A stretch of 64,000 nt of DNA, from NCBI GenBank assembly GCA_963797095.1, contig CAWCNY010000005.1:1-64000 (forward strand), in the 5' to 3' direction. Under the pieces are notes generated by a model that had not been told where the DNA came from, ran no database searches, and worked only from the letters and a program-made list of their open reading frames with translations. Below, in pieces: positions 52,041-62,723 of the stretch (position 1 is its first letter; each line of letters starts with the position of its first letter). Position numbers and translations under genes: made by a program. The DNA is from an uncultured Chloroflexia bacterium. GTDB lineage: Bacteria > Chloroflexota > Chloroflexia > QHBQ01 > JADMIH01.

Positions 52041-52553
52041 ATGAGAGTTCTTATTGCAGTAGCCAGTAAGCATGGCAGCACTCGCGAAATCGCAAGCGTG
52101 ATCGCCAACGAATTGCGGGCGGAAAATCTCACAGTCGAACTGCGTGAAGCAATCGAGGTCGGTGACGTTATCGGCTACGATGCCGTACTGCTTGGCAGCG
52201 CCATCTACGCTGGCAAGTGGCTTTCCGAGGCTCAGCGATTTGCTGCACAACATCAGGTCGAGCTTTCCACCGTCCCCGTCTGGCTTTTCAGTAGCGGTCC
52301 TCTCGGCACTGACGACCCACAACCCCAGGACGACCCCGACCTGCTGGCCACCCCTTTGGGCGACGTCAAACCTCAGGATCATCGCGTATTTACAGGCAAA
52401 CTCGACCTCGCCCGCTTAGGCTTCGGTGAGCGCCTGCTCACAAAGGTTGTCAGCGCGCCCTCCGGCGACTTCCGCGACTGGGAAGAGATCAGGGCGTGGG
52501 CGCAGAAAGTAGCCAACGAAATATGCGCGGAGGGCGCTCTCGCCAACAGATAA
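52041..52553 (+). CDS. flavodoxin-domain protein (HemG-like)
   Basis: ASKHGSTREIA, GSAIYAGKW, WLFSSGPL, GDFRDW. Confidence 0.88.
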   Translation: MRVLIAVASKHGSTREIASVIANELRAENLTVELREAIEVGDVIGYDAVLLGSAIYAGKWLSEAQRFAAQHQVELSTVPVWLFSSGPLGTDDPQPQDDPDLLATPLGDVKPQDHRVFTGKLDLARLGFGERLLTKVVSAPSGDFRDWEEIRAWAQKVANEICAEGALANR

Positions 52554-52987
52554 CCCCCGCGATACCGGCCTCATGCCCTGCAACGCCCAAAGATTGCATC
52601 ATCCATGCGGGTAATTCGTCTCCCCGCGCTGTTACTCCGATGCCATAGATTGGCTTTGAAGCGATAAACTCCTCCTGCTTTTCGCAAGGGCGCGCAACCG
52701 TGCGCCCTTTTATTTGCCGTACCTCTAACCGCGAGTCTCATGCGATTCCGAACCACGTGACCGGCGTGCCCACCTTTTGTCACGGTTATTGTCCTACTTA
52801 TCCGGCTTCCTGTCCCTTAATTGCTTGCCACTCTCGCTCTTATACTCAGCAAGTGTTTGACGTGCAGCTGACCTGGCCGAGATACCTCGCCCACACCCGT
52901 ATCAAAAGTCGCAGCGCACGAACAAATCCACAGGGCAGACAGCGAATTCAGTTCAGTTGAACAAGCAATAATGAAAGGAGACATGCT

Positions 52988-54283
52988 ATGTACGCACCTA
53001 CAAAATTGAGACGAATCAAGCTTTCGATGGTGGGCACAGCCTTGCTCTTAGTCGCGGCGGTTGTCACTCCAACTTTCGCCGCCGACCAGACAGCAAGCAA
53101 CACAGACCGGTCGACCAATCAACCCGACAACTATGCCCTCCAGGGCGATTACATCAATCCGATCGGCACCGGCCTTTCCGTGTTTCAATCTACCGGCGGT
53201 TCGCTCACCATTGGCACCTGGGACTTTAAGTCCTCGTCCACCACATCCGGCGCCATCGCTCTTTACGGTCACTGCACAGGAAGCTCTACCAGTTGCACCG
53301 GCGTAAAAGGAACCAGTAGCGGTGATGGCGGTGTCAACGCTCCCGGAGTCCTGGGAGATGGCGGCAGCGGCTCAGTAGGAGTGAAAGGTATCTCATCCGG
53401 CACCTTCAGCGGCAGTACGTCGGTATACGGCCTCAACTCAGCCACCGCTGACTATGCCTACGGCGTCCTCGGAAGCGTCACGGCAAGCAGCGGTACTAAC
53501 TCCAAAGGCGTATATGGTACAGCCAACCAGGGCATCGGTGTGTACGGCAGTTCTTCGTCCGGCAATGGCGTATACGGCTCCAGTTCGAGTGGTAACGGCG
53601 TATACGGCACCTCCTCCACCGGAGTTGCCCTCTTCGGCAGCAACACCGGCACCGGCTCAGGCTTCTACGGCTTCTCAGCTGGCGGGCCGGGTGGCGTGAT
53701 GGGCTCCAACGGCACGGAAGGTGCTCGCTTCTACACGCGCAACTCTTCCTCCTATGCCCTGGTGACCGGTAGCCTCCCCAACACCTACGGCAACGCCTAC
53801 ATAACCGGCCACATCTATGCTACCGGCGGCTGCTGCTCCACAGTTGAAACCGATGCGGGCAACAAAGAGATGTATGCCAACGAGTCCACTCGCGACCTCT
53901 TTAGCGACCAGGGCACAGCCGCCCTCGTCAACGGCAAGGCCGTCGTCACCATAGATCCCCTATTCGCCCAGACCGTCAACCTCACCTCGGACTACCAGGT
54001 CTTCTTGACCCCCGAATTTTTCGACACGGCCGGTCTCGGTGTCGGCAACATGACCGCCACCGGCTTTGAAGTGCGCGAACTAAACGGAGGCAAGGGCAAC
54101 TTCAAATTTAGCTGGCGCATCGATGCCCTCAGGAAAGGCTACGAGACAAAGCGCATGTCTCCTGCCCCCGCAGCCCCCACCACAAGTGGAGCCGCCTACG
54201 ACCTACCGGCAAATCTACCGACAGCCGTCAACTCCCTTGACGAAGAATCCGCTATCCAAGCAAATCTACAGAAAGGCAAGTAA
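52988..54283 (+). CDS. secreted Gly/Ser-rich repeat protein with tail-fibre-like C-terminal domain
   Basis: signal peptide, repeated GVYG/GVKG motifs, C-terminal D.GTAALVNGKAVVTIDPLF..YQVFLTP..FSWRIDALRKGYE. Confidence 0.72.
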   Translation: MYAPTKLRRIKLSMVGTALLLVAAVVTPTFAADQTASNTDRSTNQPDNYALQGDYINPIGTGLSVFQSTGGSLTIGTWDFKSSSTTSGAIALYGHCTGSSTSCTGVKGTSSGDGGVNAPGVLGDGGSGSVGVKGISSGTFSGSTSVYGLNSATADYAYGVLGSVTASSGTNSKGVYGTANQGIGVYGSSSSGNGVYGSSSSGNGVYGTSSTGVALFGSNTGTGSGFYGFSAGGPGGVMGSNGTEGARFYTRNSSSYALVTGSLPNTYGNAYITGHIYATGGCCSTVETDAGNKEMYANESTRDLFSDQGTAALVNGKAVVTIDPLFAQTVNLTSDYQVFLTPEFFDTAGLGVGNMTATGFEVRELNGGKGNFKFSWRIDALRKGYETKRMSPAPAAPTTSGAAYDLPANLPTAVNSLDEESAIQANLQKGK

Positions 54284-54314
54284 ATCCCCACGAGAATCAG
54301 ATCTCATTCAACTC

Positions 54315-54362
54315 TGGATCAAAGAATACGGGCGGCAAGGGCCGCCCGTATTCTTTGATCCA
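54315..54362. terminator. bidirectional terminator-like 22-bp hairpin
   Basis: tggatcaaagaatacgggcggc-aagg-gccgcccgtattctttgatcca between convergent genes. Confidence 0.8.
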
Positions 54363-54370
54363 CCACATCC

Positions 54371-56296
54371 TCACGGCCTGTTCTTCAGCGCAAAATACGC
54401 AGGCCTCCCAGTCCAATCGCTATTGATAATACTGAAATGGCTCGGCCCCGTGTACCACTCCTGGAACACCGAGAAGTTCAGGTTCCACAGGAACATCACA
54501 CCCATCCACGGGTAATAGTTCTGCGCATACTGAATCGCCCGGACAATATATTCCCCCTGCTCCTGCTGCGTATTGTACTTACATTCACCATACCCATCTT
54601 CCCGGTAATCGCTGCACCACCCGTACTCGGTCACCCACATCTGCTTCTCGCCGTCTCCATACTTCTCCATAATCGCACGCTGCTCCTCGATTCGACGGAA
54701 GTAGAACGAATCGTCCAGGTTGTACCAGTTCACTACGTTCTTCGACGCGTCGAACGGAAAAGCCGGGTCCAGGTTGGGGTTGTCGGGCCACTTCGTCTCA
54801 GGTGGGTTATTGAACCCATAGGGGTGCGTGCCAAGCACGTCGAAATAGCTCCGCACCTCCCCATCGTTGTACTTGAACATCTCCTCCAGGTACCACAGGT
54901 CGGTCACCACAGGCTCCGCGTCCGGCGCTCTAGTGCCATTCGGGTCCTGCACCCCGGTAGGTGCCAGCGCCGCCGACAAAACGATAGCCGATGGGTCCCC
55001 GGCTTTCACACCAAGGTATCCCTCCTTCAGCACCTCAACGTACCTGCCGGGGTTGATTTCCCCACTCTCACCCATCAGGTTCACTTCGTTGAAGATCATA
55101 TATGCCCCCACGCGCCCCCTGTACCGCGATGCCAGCGCATACATGAAATCGTACATATCCTGCGGGTCCTTCGGCAGTCCGTTGAACCCCCCCGTCTCCC
55201 ACGTCGGGGCCTTCACTATAGATAACATCACGTTCAAATTGTGCGACTGCACCGAGTTTACGATCCTGTCCAGCTCATCCCAGTAGAAATTGCCTTTCGG
55301 GTCCTCCGTCTCTTTCCACTCCACCTGCTGCGTCACCCATGTGAAACGCAAATTATTCACCATATTCAGCGCCCGGTCGCGGTCCTGGTAATAAAGCTGC
55401 GCCACCATCCCATCACCCACCGTTGGTCCCTGGAGAAACGCGCTTCCTGCCGCAGGCTTGGCAGGCGGCCAGATCCCTCGCTCCACAGGCTGCCCACCCG
55501 GCACAGGAGTGCCCCAAGCCGTCAGCGTATCCTCTATCCCCAATGCATCCTGTCCTAAGAGCCCCAGCAACACGTTATACGGAGGTACGTTCTCAGGGTG
55601 GTATTCGAACCGGTTGCGCTGGAAATACTGAACTAAATAGCTCTGGCCGTCGGTGGTCGATTGCTCCTGAAATGGCTCCGAGATCGGATACCCGAAGATC
55701 GCCAGCCCTCCGTTATCTCGCCAATAACTCAGGAACGGCTCCGAAAGCGAGTGTTGCGTCTCAGGGAAATAGACCGTATCAGCGGTATCCTTCATCAACT
55801 CCACTGTTGGGAACGTGCGCCAATTGTTCAGCTCCGCACCAAGCAACCCCAGCAATACGTCGTTCGGCGTGTCCGCGAACTCCGGGTGGTACTCGAACCG
55901 GTTGCGCTCAAAATACTGGACCAGGTACTCCTGCCCATCCGCTTCGTTCTTCTCCATCCGTGCGGGCGAGATCGGGTACCCGAATACCGCCAGCCCCCCG
56001 TTCGCCTCCCAGTAGCGCACGAAAACGTCCGGCACTGTAAAGCCTGTCTCCGGGAAAAACCTGTCAGGCCCAACCGTGGCCGTTGCCGTCGGACCTGCGT
56101 CCTCCGTCGGCACAGGTGTGGCAGTAACTGTTTCTGTTACTGTAGTTGTAGCCTCAGGGGTAGTACCCGTCTCAGTAGGTGTACTTGCTTGACCGTAATG
56201 CTGCCCGTAAATATTTCTCGGGCTAGATGTACCAACCAGCGTAAGAGCCGCCAGCACCAGAATAATTGCACCGAGTTTCCTTCGCACCCCGTTCAT
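54371..56296 (-). CDS. secreted GH-A clan (GH5/GH39-like) glycoside hydrolase with FPETG-type repeats
   Basis: FNEVN acid/base, THPYG, WVTEYGW nucleophile, FLWNL; start MNGVRRK after gggagg. Confidence 0.85.
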   Translation of the reverse strand: MNGVRRKLGAIILVLAALTLVGTSSPRNIYGQHYGQASTPTETGTTPEATTTVTETVTATPVPTEDAGPTATATVGPDRFFPETGFTVPDVFVRYWEANGGLAVFGYPISPARMEKNEADGQEYLVQYFERNRFEYHPEFADTPNDVLLGLLGAELNNWRTFPTVELMKDTADTVYFPETQHSLSEPFLSYWRDNGGLAIFGYPISEPFQEQSTTDGQSYLVQYFQRNRFEYHPENVPPYNVLLGLLGQDALGIEDTLTAWGTPVPGGQPVERGIWPPAKPAAGSAFLQGPTVGDGMVAQLYYQDRDRALNMVNNLRFTWVTQQVEWKETEDPKGNFYWDELDRIVNSVQSHNLNVMLSIVKAPTWETGGFNGLPKDPQDMYDFMYALASRYRGRVGAYMIFNEVNLMGESGEINPGRYVEVLKEGYLGVKAGDPSAIVLSAALAPTGVQDPNGTRAPDAEPVVTDLWYLEEMFKYNDGEVRSYFDVLGTHPYGFNNPPETKWPDNPNLDPAFPFDASKNVVNWYNLDDSFYFRRIEEQRAIMEKYGDGEKQMWVTEYGWCSDYREDGYGECKYNTQQEQGEYIVRAIQYAQNYYPWMGVMFLWNLNFSVFQEWYTGPSHFSIINSDWTGRPAYFALKNRP

Positions 56297-56360
56297 TACC
56301 TCCCTGATCGGTAGCTGGTAATCCGCAAACAGATCAGCACTGGGCCAATAACCGGCGTCC

Positions 56361-56388
56361 ACCGACTACCGACTACCGACTACCGGCT
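56361..56388. repeat. heptamer tandem repeat (ACCGACT)x4
   Basis: direct reading; last unit accggct. Confidence 0.8.
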
Positions 56389-57897
56389 GCCATCCGACGG
56401 TATTGGAATAAACCCAACCGAAAACCGTATGTACTCGTCGCTGTATCCAAACGCGCTGCCCGACACACCGGCAATCCCCGTCTTCTCAAAGAGAGACAGG
56501 GCATCTTCTCCAGGCTTCAGCTTGCTCCAGTTATAGATCGTAGCATGGTCGTCCAGCCCGATCGTCTCGAACACATCATGCTCACGGTTGATTTCCTCAA
56601 GCTCGCCTCTCAAGTGCTCCCGCCTCAACGTATAAAGGTTGCTGATCTTCTCCTGGATCTCCGGGTGCTCGTCCACCCACTGTACAAGCGCCGTGAAGTG
56701 CAACTGCCACGACGCGGGCAACCCCGCCGTGAGATTATTCCACGCCACCTTTAAGATGTCCGACCAATCGTCGTTCTGGAACGACACCCATCCGCACCTA
56801 TCCCCTGTCATCGTATACACCTTGGACAGCGAATTGATGAACATAGTGCGCGATGTAATCTCAGGCTCGTCAAACGCTTTCATCCTCGCCCGGTCGTCCT
56901 GTGGCCTCCCCGTTCCGATATAGGCGAGGTCGGCAAGCACCGCGAATTCTCTTCCATCCTCTATTATGGCCCTGTACACCTCTCGGATCTCGTCCGGCGT
57001 GTACGAGAACGCGGTTGGGTTGTTGCTCACAGTGAAATACAGCAGCCGCAGTTCAGGATCATCTGCAAGAGCGTCCCGCATCATCGAGTATGTCACCTTA
57101 AAGCCGCTTTCCTCGCCCGTCTGCATTTTCAGCAGCTTAAGCCCCGCAGTCTCAACCTGCCAGTTGACCACCGCGAAGCCCGGAGCGGGAAACGCAAATG
57201 TCGAGGCTTTGCCGTACTTCCTCTTGAAGTGCAACCCCAACGACAGTATGCACTTGAACAGCGCGTCCAATGCCCCTATGCTGATGAAAGTCTTATCTTC
57301 GGTAGCATTTATTCCCCAGGCCCTCTTGAACCGCTCCGCCAGCATTTGGCGCAACAAAGGATTGCCTACCCCGAACACGTCGTACACGCGCATGTCCCAA
57401 TTGTAATCGCGCAACAGGCGCATCTCGATATCTTCCTCGCGCCTGCTCAGTTCCCGGTGAACCGCCCCATCACTCACCCTTCCTGCGATCTCCTCACCTG
57501 GCAATATTACCCCCAACTCCTCGCCTATCGTCGAGTAATCCACTCCACCAATATGCTCAGTGATCATCCGCACATTGACATCCCCGATTGTGCGATTCGC
57601 CAGTTCGCGCCTCAGCACATCCTCCGAGATGCCGGCCTGGCGTGCCTTGAATATCACGTCAGACATCATCCTTGCCATCACTCGTATCGGCGATGTGGCC
57701 GATAGGAATATTGGCCGGCAGCGTGCCGCCGCTTCCTTCCTTAAGCCACGCACAAAGTCCACCTGCGCCTCCTCATCGGAGGCACCGGGGGCGGGATTTA
57801 TATTATCACTATCTGGGACTGGGATAGAATTGCCGCTCGTTTGCTCGGTGCCAGGCCCTGTCGGCCTAATGATATTCACCAAAAGAAAGTCCTCCAC
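56380..57897 (-). CDS. PLP-dependent aminotransferase class I/II
   Basis: NNPTA, DLAY, NSLSKVYTMTGDRCGW, GSAFG..YIRFS. Confidence 0.87.
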   Translation of the reverse strand: MEDFLLVNIIRPTGPGTEQTSGNSIPVPDSDNINPAPGASDEEAQVDFVRGLRKEAAARCRPIFLSATSPIRVMARMMSDVIFKARQAGISEDVLRRELANRTIGDVNVRMITEHIGGVDYSTIGEELGVILPGEEIAGRVSDGAVHRELSRREEDIEMRLLRDYNWDMRVYDVFGVGNPLLRQMLAERFKRAWGINATEDKTFISIGALDALFKCILSLGLHFKRKYGKASTFAFPAPGFAVVNWQVETAGLKLLKMQTGEESGFKVTYSMMRDALADDPELRLLYFTVSNNPTAFSYTPDEIREVYRAIIEDGREFAVLADLAYIGTGRPQDDRARMKAFDEPEITSRTMFINSLSKVYTMTGDRCGWVSFQNDDWSDILKVAWNNLTAGLPASWQLHFTALVQWVDEHPEIQEKISNLYTLRREHLRGELEEINREHDVFETIGLDDHATIYNWSKLKPGEDALSLFEKTGIAGVSGSAFGYSDEYIRFSVGFIPIPSDGSR

Positions 57898-57989
57898 ATT
57901 GAGGTTGGTACACTGGTCCCGAACATAGATCGGCCCAACCTCAGTATACCGGCGCTATAGACCATTGTCAACGTCACCGCCACCATTCT

Positions 57990-59135
57990 CTACCCAAAAA
58001 GCCCCTCTGCCCTGCGCACGCCCAACCTCAACTGCCACCCCAGCACCACCCAGAAGGCCCTCATCGCCAGCGGGTGACGCGTCCTGTAGAACACTCGCGC
58101 CCTCTTCAACCTCGCCGCCAGGTACTTCCCAAACTCGCTCTCCGCTAACCTTCGCTCATAGCCCTCAAAGCGCCAATCTCCACTCTCCTTCGCCTGCGCC
58201 AACTCCTCCGCCACTATCTCCCCGTACCCCAGCGCCGCCGAGATTCCATCCCCGCCCAGAGGCTCGATCCCCGCTGCGTCTCCCGCCAATAAGACCTTTG
58301 GTGCCGACAACTTCGCATCAGGATCGTACCACCTCGACGGATTCCCCATTAGCGTGAACTCGTCCAGCTTGATGTTCTTTCTGCTCAAGTATGCCCTGAA
58401 CATCTCTTTCATAGGCGCAACCGGTCTATCCCCATACACCCGAAAGTCGCACGCTCCCCTGTTCATCCTCGGCTCGCCCTTCACCTTCGATGGGAAGTCC
58501 CACACGTACCCTTGCAATCCGTCCGGCACATACGAAAAATCGAACACCGCCGCTCTCCTCACAAATTCATCGCTCTTCTCCGGGTCCTCAGGCGTCAATA
58601 TCTCTATCGTCCTGCTCACTCGCGACGGCCCCTCAAGCCCGATCCCATGTCTCACAACGCTCTTCGCCCCGTCAGCCCCCACCACAGCCCCCGCCCTGAT
58701 CTCTCCTGCCGAAGTGTGCAACACCACCTTCCCACTCCCATCACTCTGCATCTCAAGCCTTTCCAATTTCACTCCTTCGCGCACCTCTACGCCCCTGCGC
58801 TTCACCTCGCCCACCAGCGCCGCATCAAACTCGTCACGCCGCACGATCAGCAGCGAGTTCGGCTTCCTGATTCGGAACTCCTGCCCCCGGAACCGGAACA
58901 CCATCTCATTCACCACCTGGAATGGCACATCTAGCTCCAGGCCCAGCTTGTAAATATAGTGCTGTGACAGCAGCGTAAGCCCGCCCCCGCACAGTTTGGG
59001 TCGTGGGTGGTGCGCCGCCTCGATCACCAGCGTTTTGGCGGCCAACTCAGGACTGCGCTCCAACAAATGCAGCGCCACCGAAGAGCCACTCGGCCCCGCT
59101 CCCACAACGACCACCTCATACTCGTCAATTGCCAT
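57990..59135 (-). CDS. geranylgeranyl reductase-family FAD oxidoreductase
   Basis: VVGAGPSGS, PRPKLCGGG, RDEFD, VGADG, GYVWDFP, AGDAAG.EPLGGDGI. Confidence 0.9.
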   Translation of the reverse strand: MAIDEYEVVVVGAGPSGSSVALHLLERSPELAAKTLVIEAAHHPRPKLCGGGLTLLSQHYIYKLGLELDVPFQVVNEMVFRFRGQEFRIRKPNSLLIVRRDEFDAALVGEVKRRGVEVREGVKLERLEMQSDGSGKVVLHTSAGEIRAGAVVGADGAKSVVRHGIGLEGPSRVSRTIEILTPEDPEKSDEFVRRAAVFDFSYVPDGLQGYVWDFPSKVKGEPRMNRGACDFRVYGDRPVAPMKEMFRAYLSRKNIKLDEFTLMGNPSRWYDPDAKLSAPKVLLAGDAAGIEPLGGDGISAALGYGEIVAEELAQAKESGDWRFEGYERRLAESEFGKYLAARLKRARVFYRTRHPLAMRAFWVVLGWQLRLGVRRAEGLFG

Positions 59136-59261
59136 AGCAGCTCCTGCCACAACTAACGGGAAAGACTGCAGAGGCACCGTCGGGTGGACCATCCGCGGAT
59201 CAAAACCTCTACTTAAGAAGGCGAAGCAAGTATCCCAATACGATTATTGTCACAATCAATA

Positions 59262-59294
59262 TGTGTGGGCGATCTATCACGGATCGCCCACACA
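59262..59294. repeat. REP-like palindrome
   Basis: tgtgtgggcgatc / gatcgcccacaca. Confidence 0.55.
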
Positions 59295-59478
59295 GTATAC
59301 CACTCACATTGGGCTATTTCACTGGACTCCAGTTCACTGACCCAGACCAGCGGACAACCTCATGCCTACGGTTAGGAAATAGTTTTTGGACGATTCCCAC
59401 CACTACAACCACACCCCGCATTCGGTTATAATCAGGGCACAAATTAGCCCTCCCCATTGTCAAGGAACGGAGCACGCC

Positions 59479-61914
59479 ATGTCCTTCAAATCTCGGTTTA
59501 CTAACCGTAGCCTCCTCTTGCCCCTCTTTGCCCTCCTCGCCGTGGTCGCCCTCGCCGTCGGCGTCGCCCCTCGCTACTCTACCTCACACTCCGACCCCTC
59601 AATACATCAGGGCCAAAACTCTCCATTCCACGATCTGATCAATGCCTTCCAACCCCAGACAGTCACCTTTGGCCCCGACATCCGAGCCAACTCCGACACC
59701 ACCACCAACGGCCAGCACGAGCCGTCCCTCGCCATGAGCCGCGTCCACACCGATACCGTGGTGGTCGCCTCCAAGGACTACCGCAACGGCAACCAGAAAG
59801 AAGTCTGGATCGATACCTCCACTGATGGCGGCCAAACCTGGCCCGCAGCCCTCCAACTCCAGATGCCCGGCATCAACCCTTCCCTCTTCCCTCTCATGAG
59901 CGATCCCGTGGTCGTCGCCCGCGACGATGGCCGCATCTACGTCGCCTGCCTCGGGTACAGCAACAGCAACGGCGTCTTCATCACCTGGACCGATGACGAT
60001 GGTGTCAACTGGCACACTCCCTCCGTCCAGATCTCCCCCAACGATGGTTCCCTCGACGACAAAGACTGGTTCGCGGTCGATAACACCCCGTCCAGCCCCT
60101 ACTACCACCGCATGTACATCCTCTACGCCCCCGGCGGTGCCTCCCACGTCGCAGAGCAGCACTCCACCGACGGCGGCCTTACCTGGTCCACACGCCAGAA
60201 TATCCCCAACGGCTCCGGCATGGAATATACCTACCCCGTCATCGCCGCTGACGGCACCGTCTACAACTTCATGATGGACAACTGGGGCTCAGGCATCACA
60301 GGCACCATCAACTACACCAAATCCACCAACGGCGGCGTAACGTGGTCTAATCCCACGCCGGTCACCGGCGCCCAACAGCCCAACTCGCCCATCCGGGGCT
60401 CCGATTCCTTCCGCTTCTTCGCCATCCTCAGCGCCGCCGTAGATCCCAACAACGGCTCTCTCTACGTAGCCTGGACCGACAATCGCAACTTCAACACGAA
60501 CGGCACCGACGTCATGTACGTCAAGTCCACCGACAGCGGAGCCTCCTGGACCGCCCCCATCCGCCTCAGCCACGACCCTACAGGCGTAGTCCGTGACCAC
60601 ATCACCCCCGTCATTACCGTCGGTGCCGATAGTCGCCTCCACGCATTCTGGCTCGACCGCCGCCTCGACACAAGCAACTACTTTTGGAATTCCTGGTATT
60701 CCACCAGCACCGACGGCGGCACCACCTGGGAACCCGACGTCAGAGTCAGCACTGCGGCCCAGGACCTCAACCTCGGTCTTCCCCCTGGCAGCGGCGGCGC
60801 TGCGGGCGACTACTGGGGCCTCGACACCTACGCCGACACCGTCTACGTGGCCTGGAATGACGCCCGTACAAGCGAACAGGACATCCTCGTTTCAAGAGGC
60901 TATATCACCTCAGGCAGCGTCCCCTCCCCAACCCCCACCACGCCCATCACCCCAAGCCCAACCCTAACCGACACACCCACACCTACCAACACCAACACCC
61001 CGCCGCCCACATCCACGCCAACAAACACGTCAACCCCCACAATCACCTCCACACCCGTTCCCACTCAGACCCCTGGCGGCGCTACCGCCACTCCGATCCC
61101 CACCGGTACGGCCACATCAACATCCACGGGCACCCCGACCACCGCCCCCACCGACACCCCCCTACCTACTAACACTCAGGGCATCGCGACAACTACACCC
61201 ATACCCACCACGCCGACAACCTCCACCCCCATGCCCACCAACACATCAGCAATACCCACCCCCACCAATTGCCCCACCCAATTTGAGGATGTACTCGATG
61301 GCTCAACCTTCTACATCTACATTCAGGACCTCAGTTGCCGAGCCGTCGTCAACGGCTACCCTTGTGGCGGCCCAGGAGAGCCATGCGTTGGCCCCGGCAA
61401 TCGCCCCTACTTCCGCCCAGCCGACAACGTCACCCGAGGCCAGCTCTCCAAGATAATAGCCCTCGCCGCCAACCTCACAGTCCCGCCGCCCACCCAATCG
61501 TTCCAGGACGTACCCGGCGGCTCGACATTCCACCCCTACGTCGAAGCCCTCTACGCTCAGGGCGCCATCAACGGCTACCCATGTGGCGGCCCCAACGAGC
61601 CGTGCATTGCCCCCGGTAACCTCCCCTACTTCCGCCCCAACGATCCCGCCTCCAGGGGCCAGATCTCCAAAATAGTAGCCATCACCGCCAACGATATAGA
61701 CCCCGCAACCACCCGGACCTTCCAGGACGTACCCACAAACTCCACATTCTACCTCTGGATAGAAAACCTCGCCCAGCGCGGCATCATCACGGGCTACCCA
61801 TGTGGCAGCCCCAACGAACCGTGTATAGCCCCCGACAATCGCCCCTACTTCCGCCCAGCCGACAACGTCACAAGAGGCCAGATGTCCAAAATAGCCGACA
61901 TCACCTTCCCATAG
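59479..61914 (+). CDS. secreted sialidase-fold (BNR/Asp-box) protein with Pro/Thr linker and three SLH domains
   Basis: STDGGQTW/STDGGLTW/STNGGVTW Asp-boxes, DKDW, GDYWGL; FQDVP..F...I..L..RG.I.GY..FRP.DNVTRGQ.SKI x3. Confidence 0.88.
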   Translation: MSFKSRFTNRSLLLPLFALLAVVALAVGVAPRYSTSHSDPSIHQGQNSPFHDLINAFQPQTVTFGPDIRANSDTTTNGQHEPSLAMSRVHTDTVVVASKDYRNGNQKEVWIDTSTDGGQTWPAALQLQMPGINPSLFPLMSDPVVVARDDGRIYVACLGYSNSNGVFITWTDDDGVNWHTPSVQISPNDGSLDDKDWFAVDNTPSSPYYHRMYILYAPGGASHVAEQHSTDGGLTWSTRQNIPNGSGMEYTYPVIAADGTVYNFMMDNWGSGITGTINYTKSTNGGVTWSNPTPVTGAQQPNSPIRGSDSFRFFAILSAAVDPNNGSLYVAWTDNRNFNTNGTDVMYVKSTDSGASWTAPIRLSHDPTGVVRDHITPVITVGADSRLHAFWLDRRLDTSNYFWNSWYSTSTDGGTTWEPDVRVSTAAQDLNLGLPPGSGGAAGDYWGLDTYADTVYVAWNDARTSEQDILVSRGYITSGSVPSPTPTTPITPSPTLTDTPTPTNTNTPPPTSTPTNTSTPTITSTPVPTQTPGGATATPIPTGTATSTSTGTPTTAPTDTPLPTNTQGIATTTPIPTTPTTSTPMPTNTSAIPTPTNCPTQFEDVLDGSTFYIYIQDLSCRAVVNGYPCGGPGEPCVGPGNRPYFRPADNVTRGQLSKIIALAANLTVPPPTQSFQDVPGGSTFHPYVEALYAQGAINGYPCGGPNEPCIAPGNLPYFRPNDPASRGQISKIVAITANDIDPATTRTFQDVPTNSTFYLWIENLAQRGIITGYPCGSPNEPCIAPDNRPYFRPADNVTRGQMSKIADITFP

Positions 61915-61936
61915 CACCCTTTTGACCACCCACACC

Positions 61937-61978
61937 GGGAGGGCACGAAGAAATCACAGGGGTCCTTCGTGCCCTCCC
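61937..61978 (+). terminator. stem-loop after the SLH gene
   Basis: gggagggcacgaag / cttcgtgccctccc. Confidence 0.55.
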
Positions 61979-62441
61979 CATTTCCTCCATGTCTTCGTGT
62001 GCCAAAACAAAGTATCCTATCTACATCACTTGTGCCCTCCATGTCTTTGTAGATCAGTTTGCCCTCAACCCACAAGAAACTACCCATAAGCCTACTTGCA
62101 ATGCCCCACAACCTGTGCAATAATACGAACGAACGTTCCAGACTCTCCCTGCCGCGCAGCAGAAAGAACATGCTGACAGGCTGGGTTCCTATGCACCTTA
62201 ACAGGATTGGTCGGCTAGAAGTCGATGGCCTCCTCAACACCAAAAAGCGCTCCGGTCTCTTATAACCGGAAACAACAACACGGAGCAGTGCTCAAGTGTG
62301 CGTTCGTGTCACACCCTCTAAAGGCAAGATGAGCACTGCGCTACACGAACCAGTTGCGCGCATAGGGACACAAACCCTAAATAGCAACCCAACCGTGCCG
62401 AACTAACGATAACCCTCAAGCAAACGAACCAGGGCACACCC

Positions 62442-62468
62442 TGTCATCCTGAGCAAAGCGAAGGATCT
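62442..62468. repeat. REP-like element
   Basis: tgtcatcctgagcaaagcgaaggatct, same family as 45270-45357. Confidence 0.6.
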
Positions 62469-62723
62469 CGCTCCCAAAGATCACGCTTCGAGAAGGCACC
62501 ACGCAAAAGTGTGTCCCAACGAGCAAGACCCACAACCTTCCTCAACAACCAAAACCAAATAGGGATGCAATCAAATGGCAGAATGCAGGCTAGGTTATGC
62601 AGCGCTCATATACGTCCCTATGCGAGGCTCTTCAGGGTAGTGCCAAAAACGACCGAACCTGTTGAAAAATCCGGGACTCCTCACGCTCTTGTCACAATAG
62701 CAGCAGATGGAGCCGTATCGTGT

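Noticed and set aside
52560-52987. Riboswitch upstream of the secreted fibre gene
   Set aside because: No recognisable c-di-GMP or other aptamer consensus by eye
61980-62720. Small ORFs after the SLH gene
   Set aside because: No motifs or convincing RBS; treated as intergenic or decayed DNA
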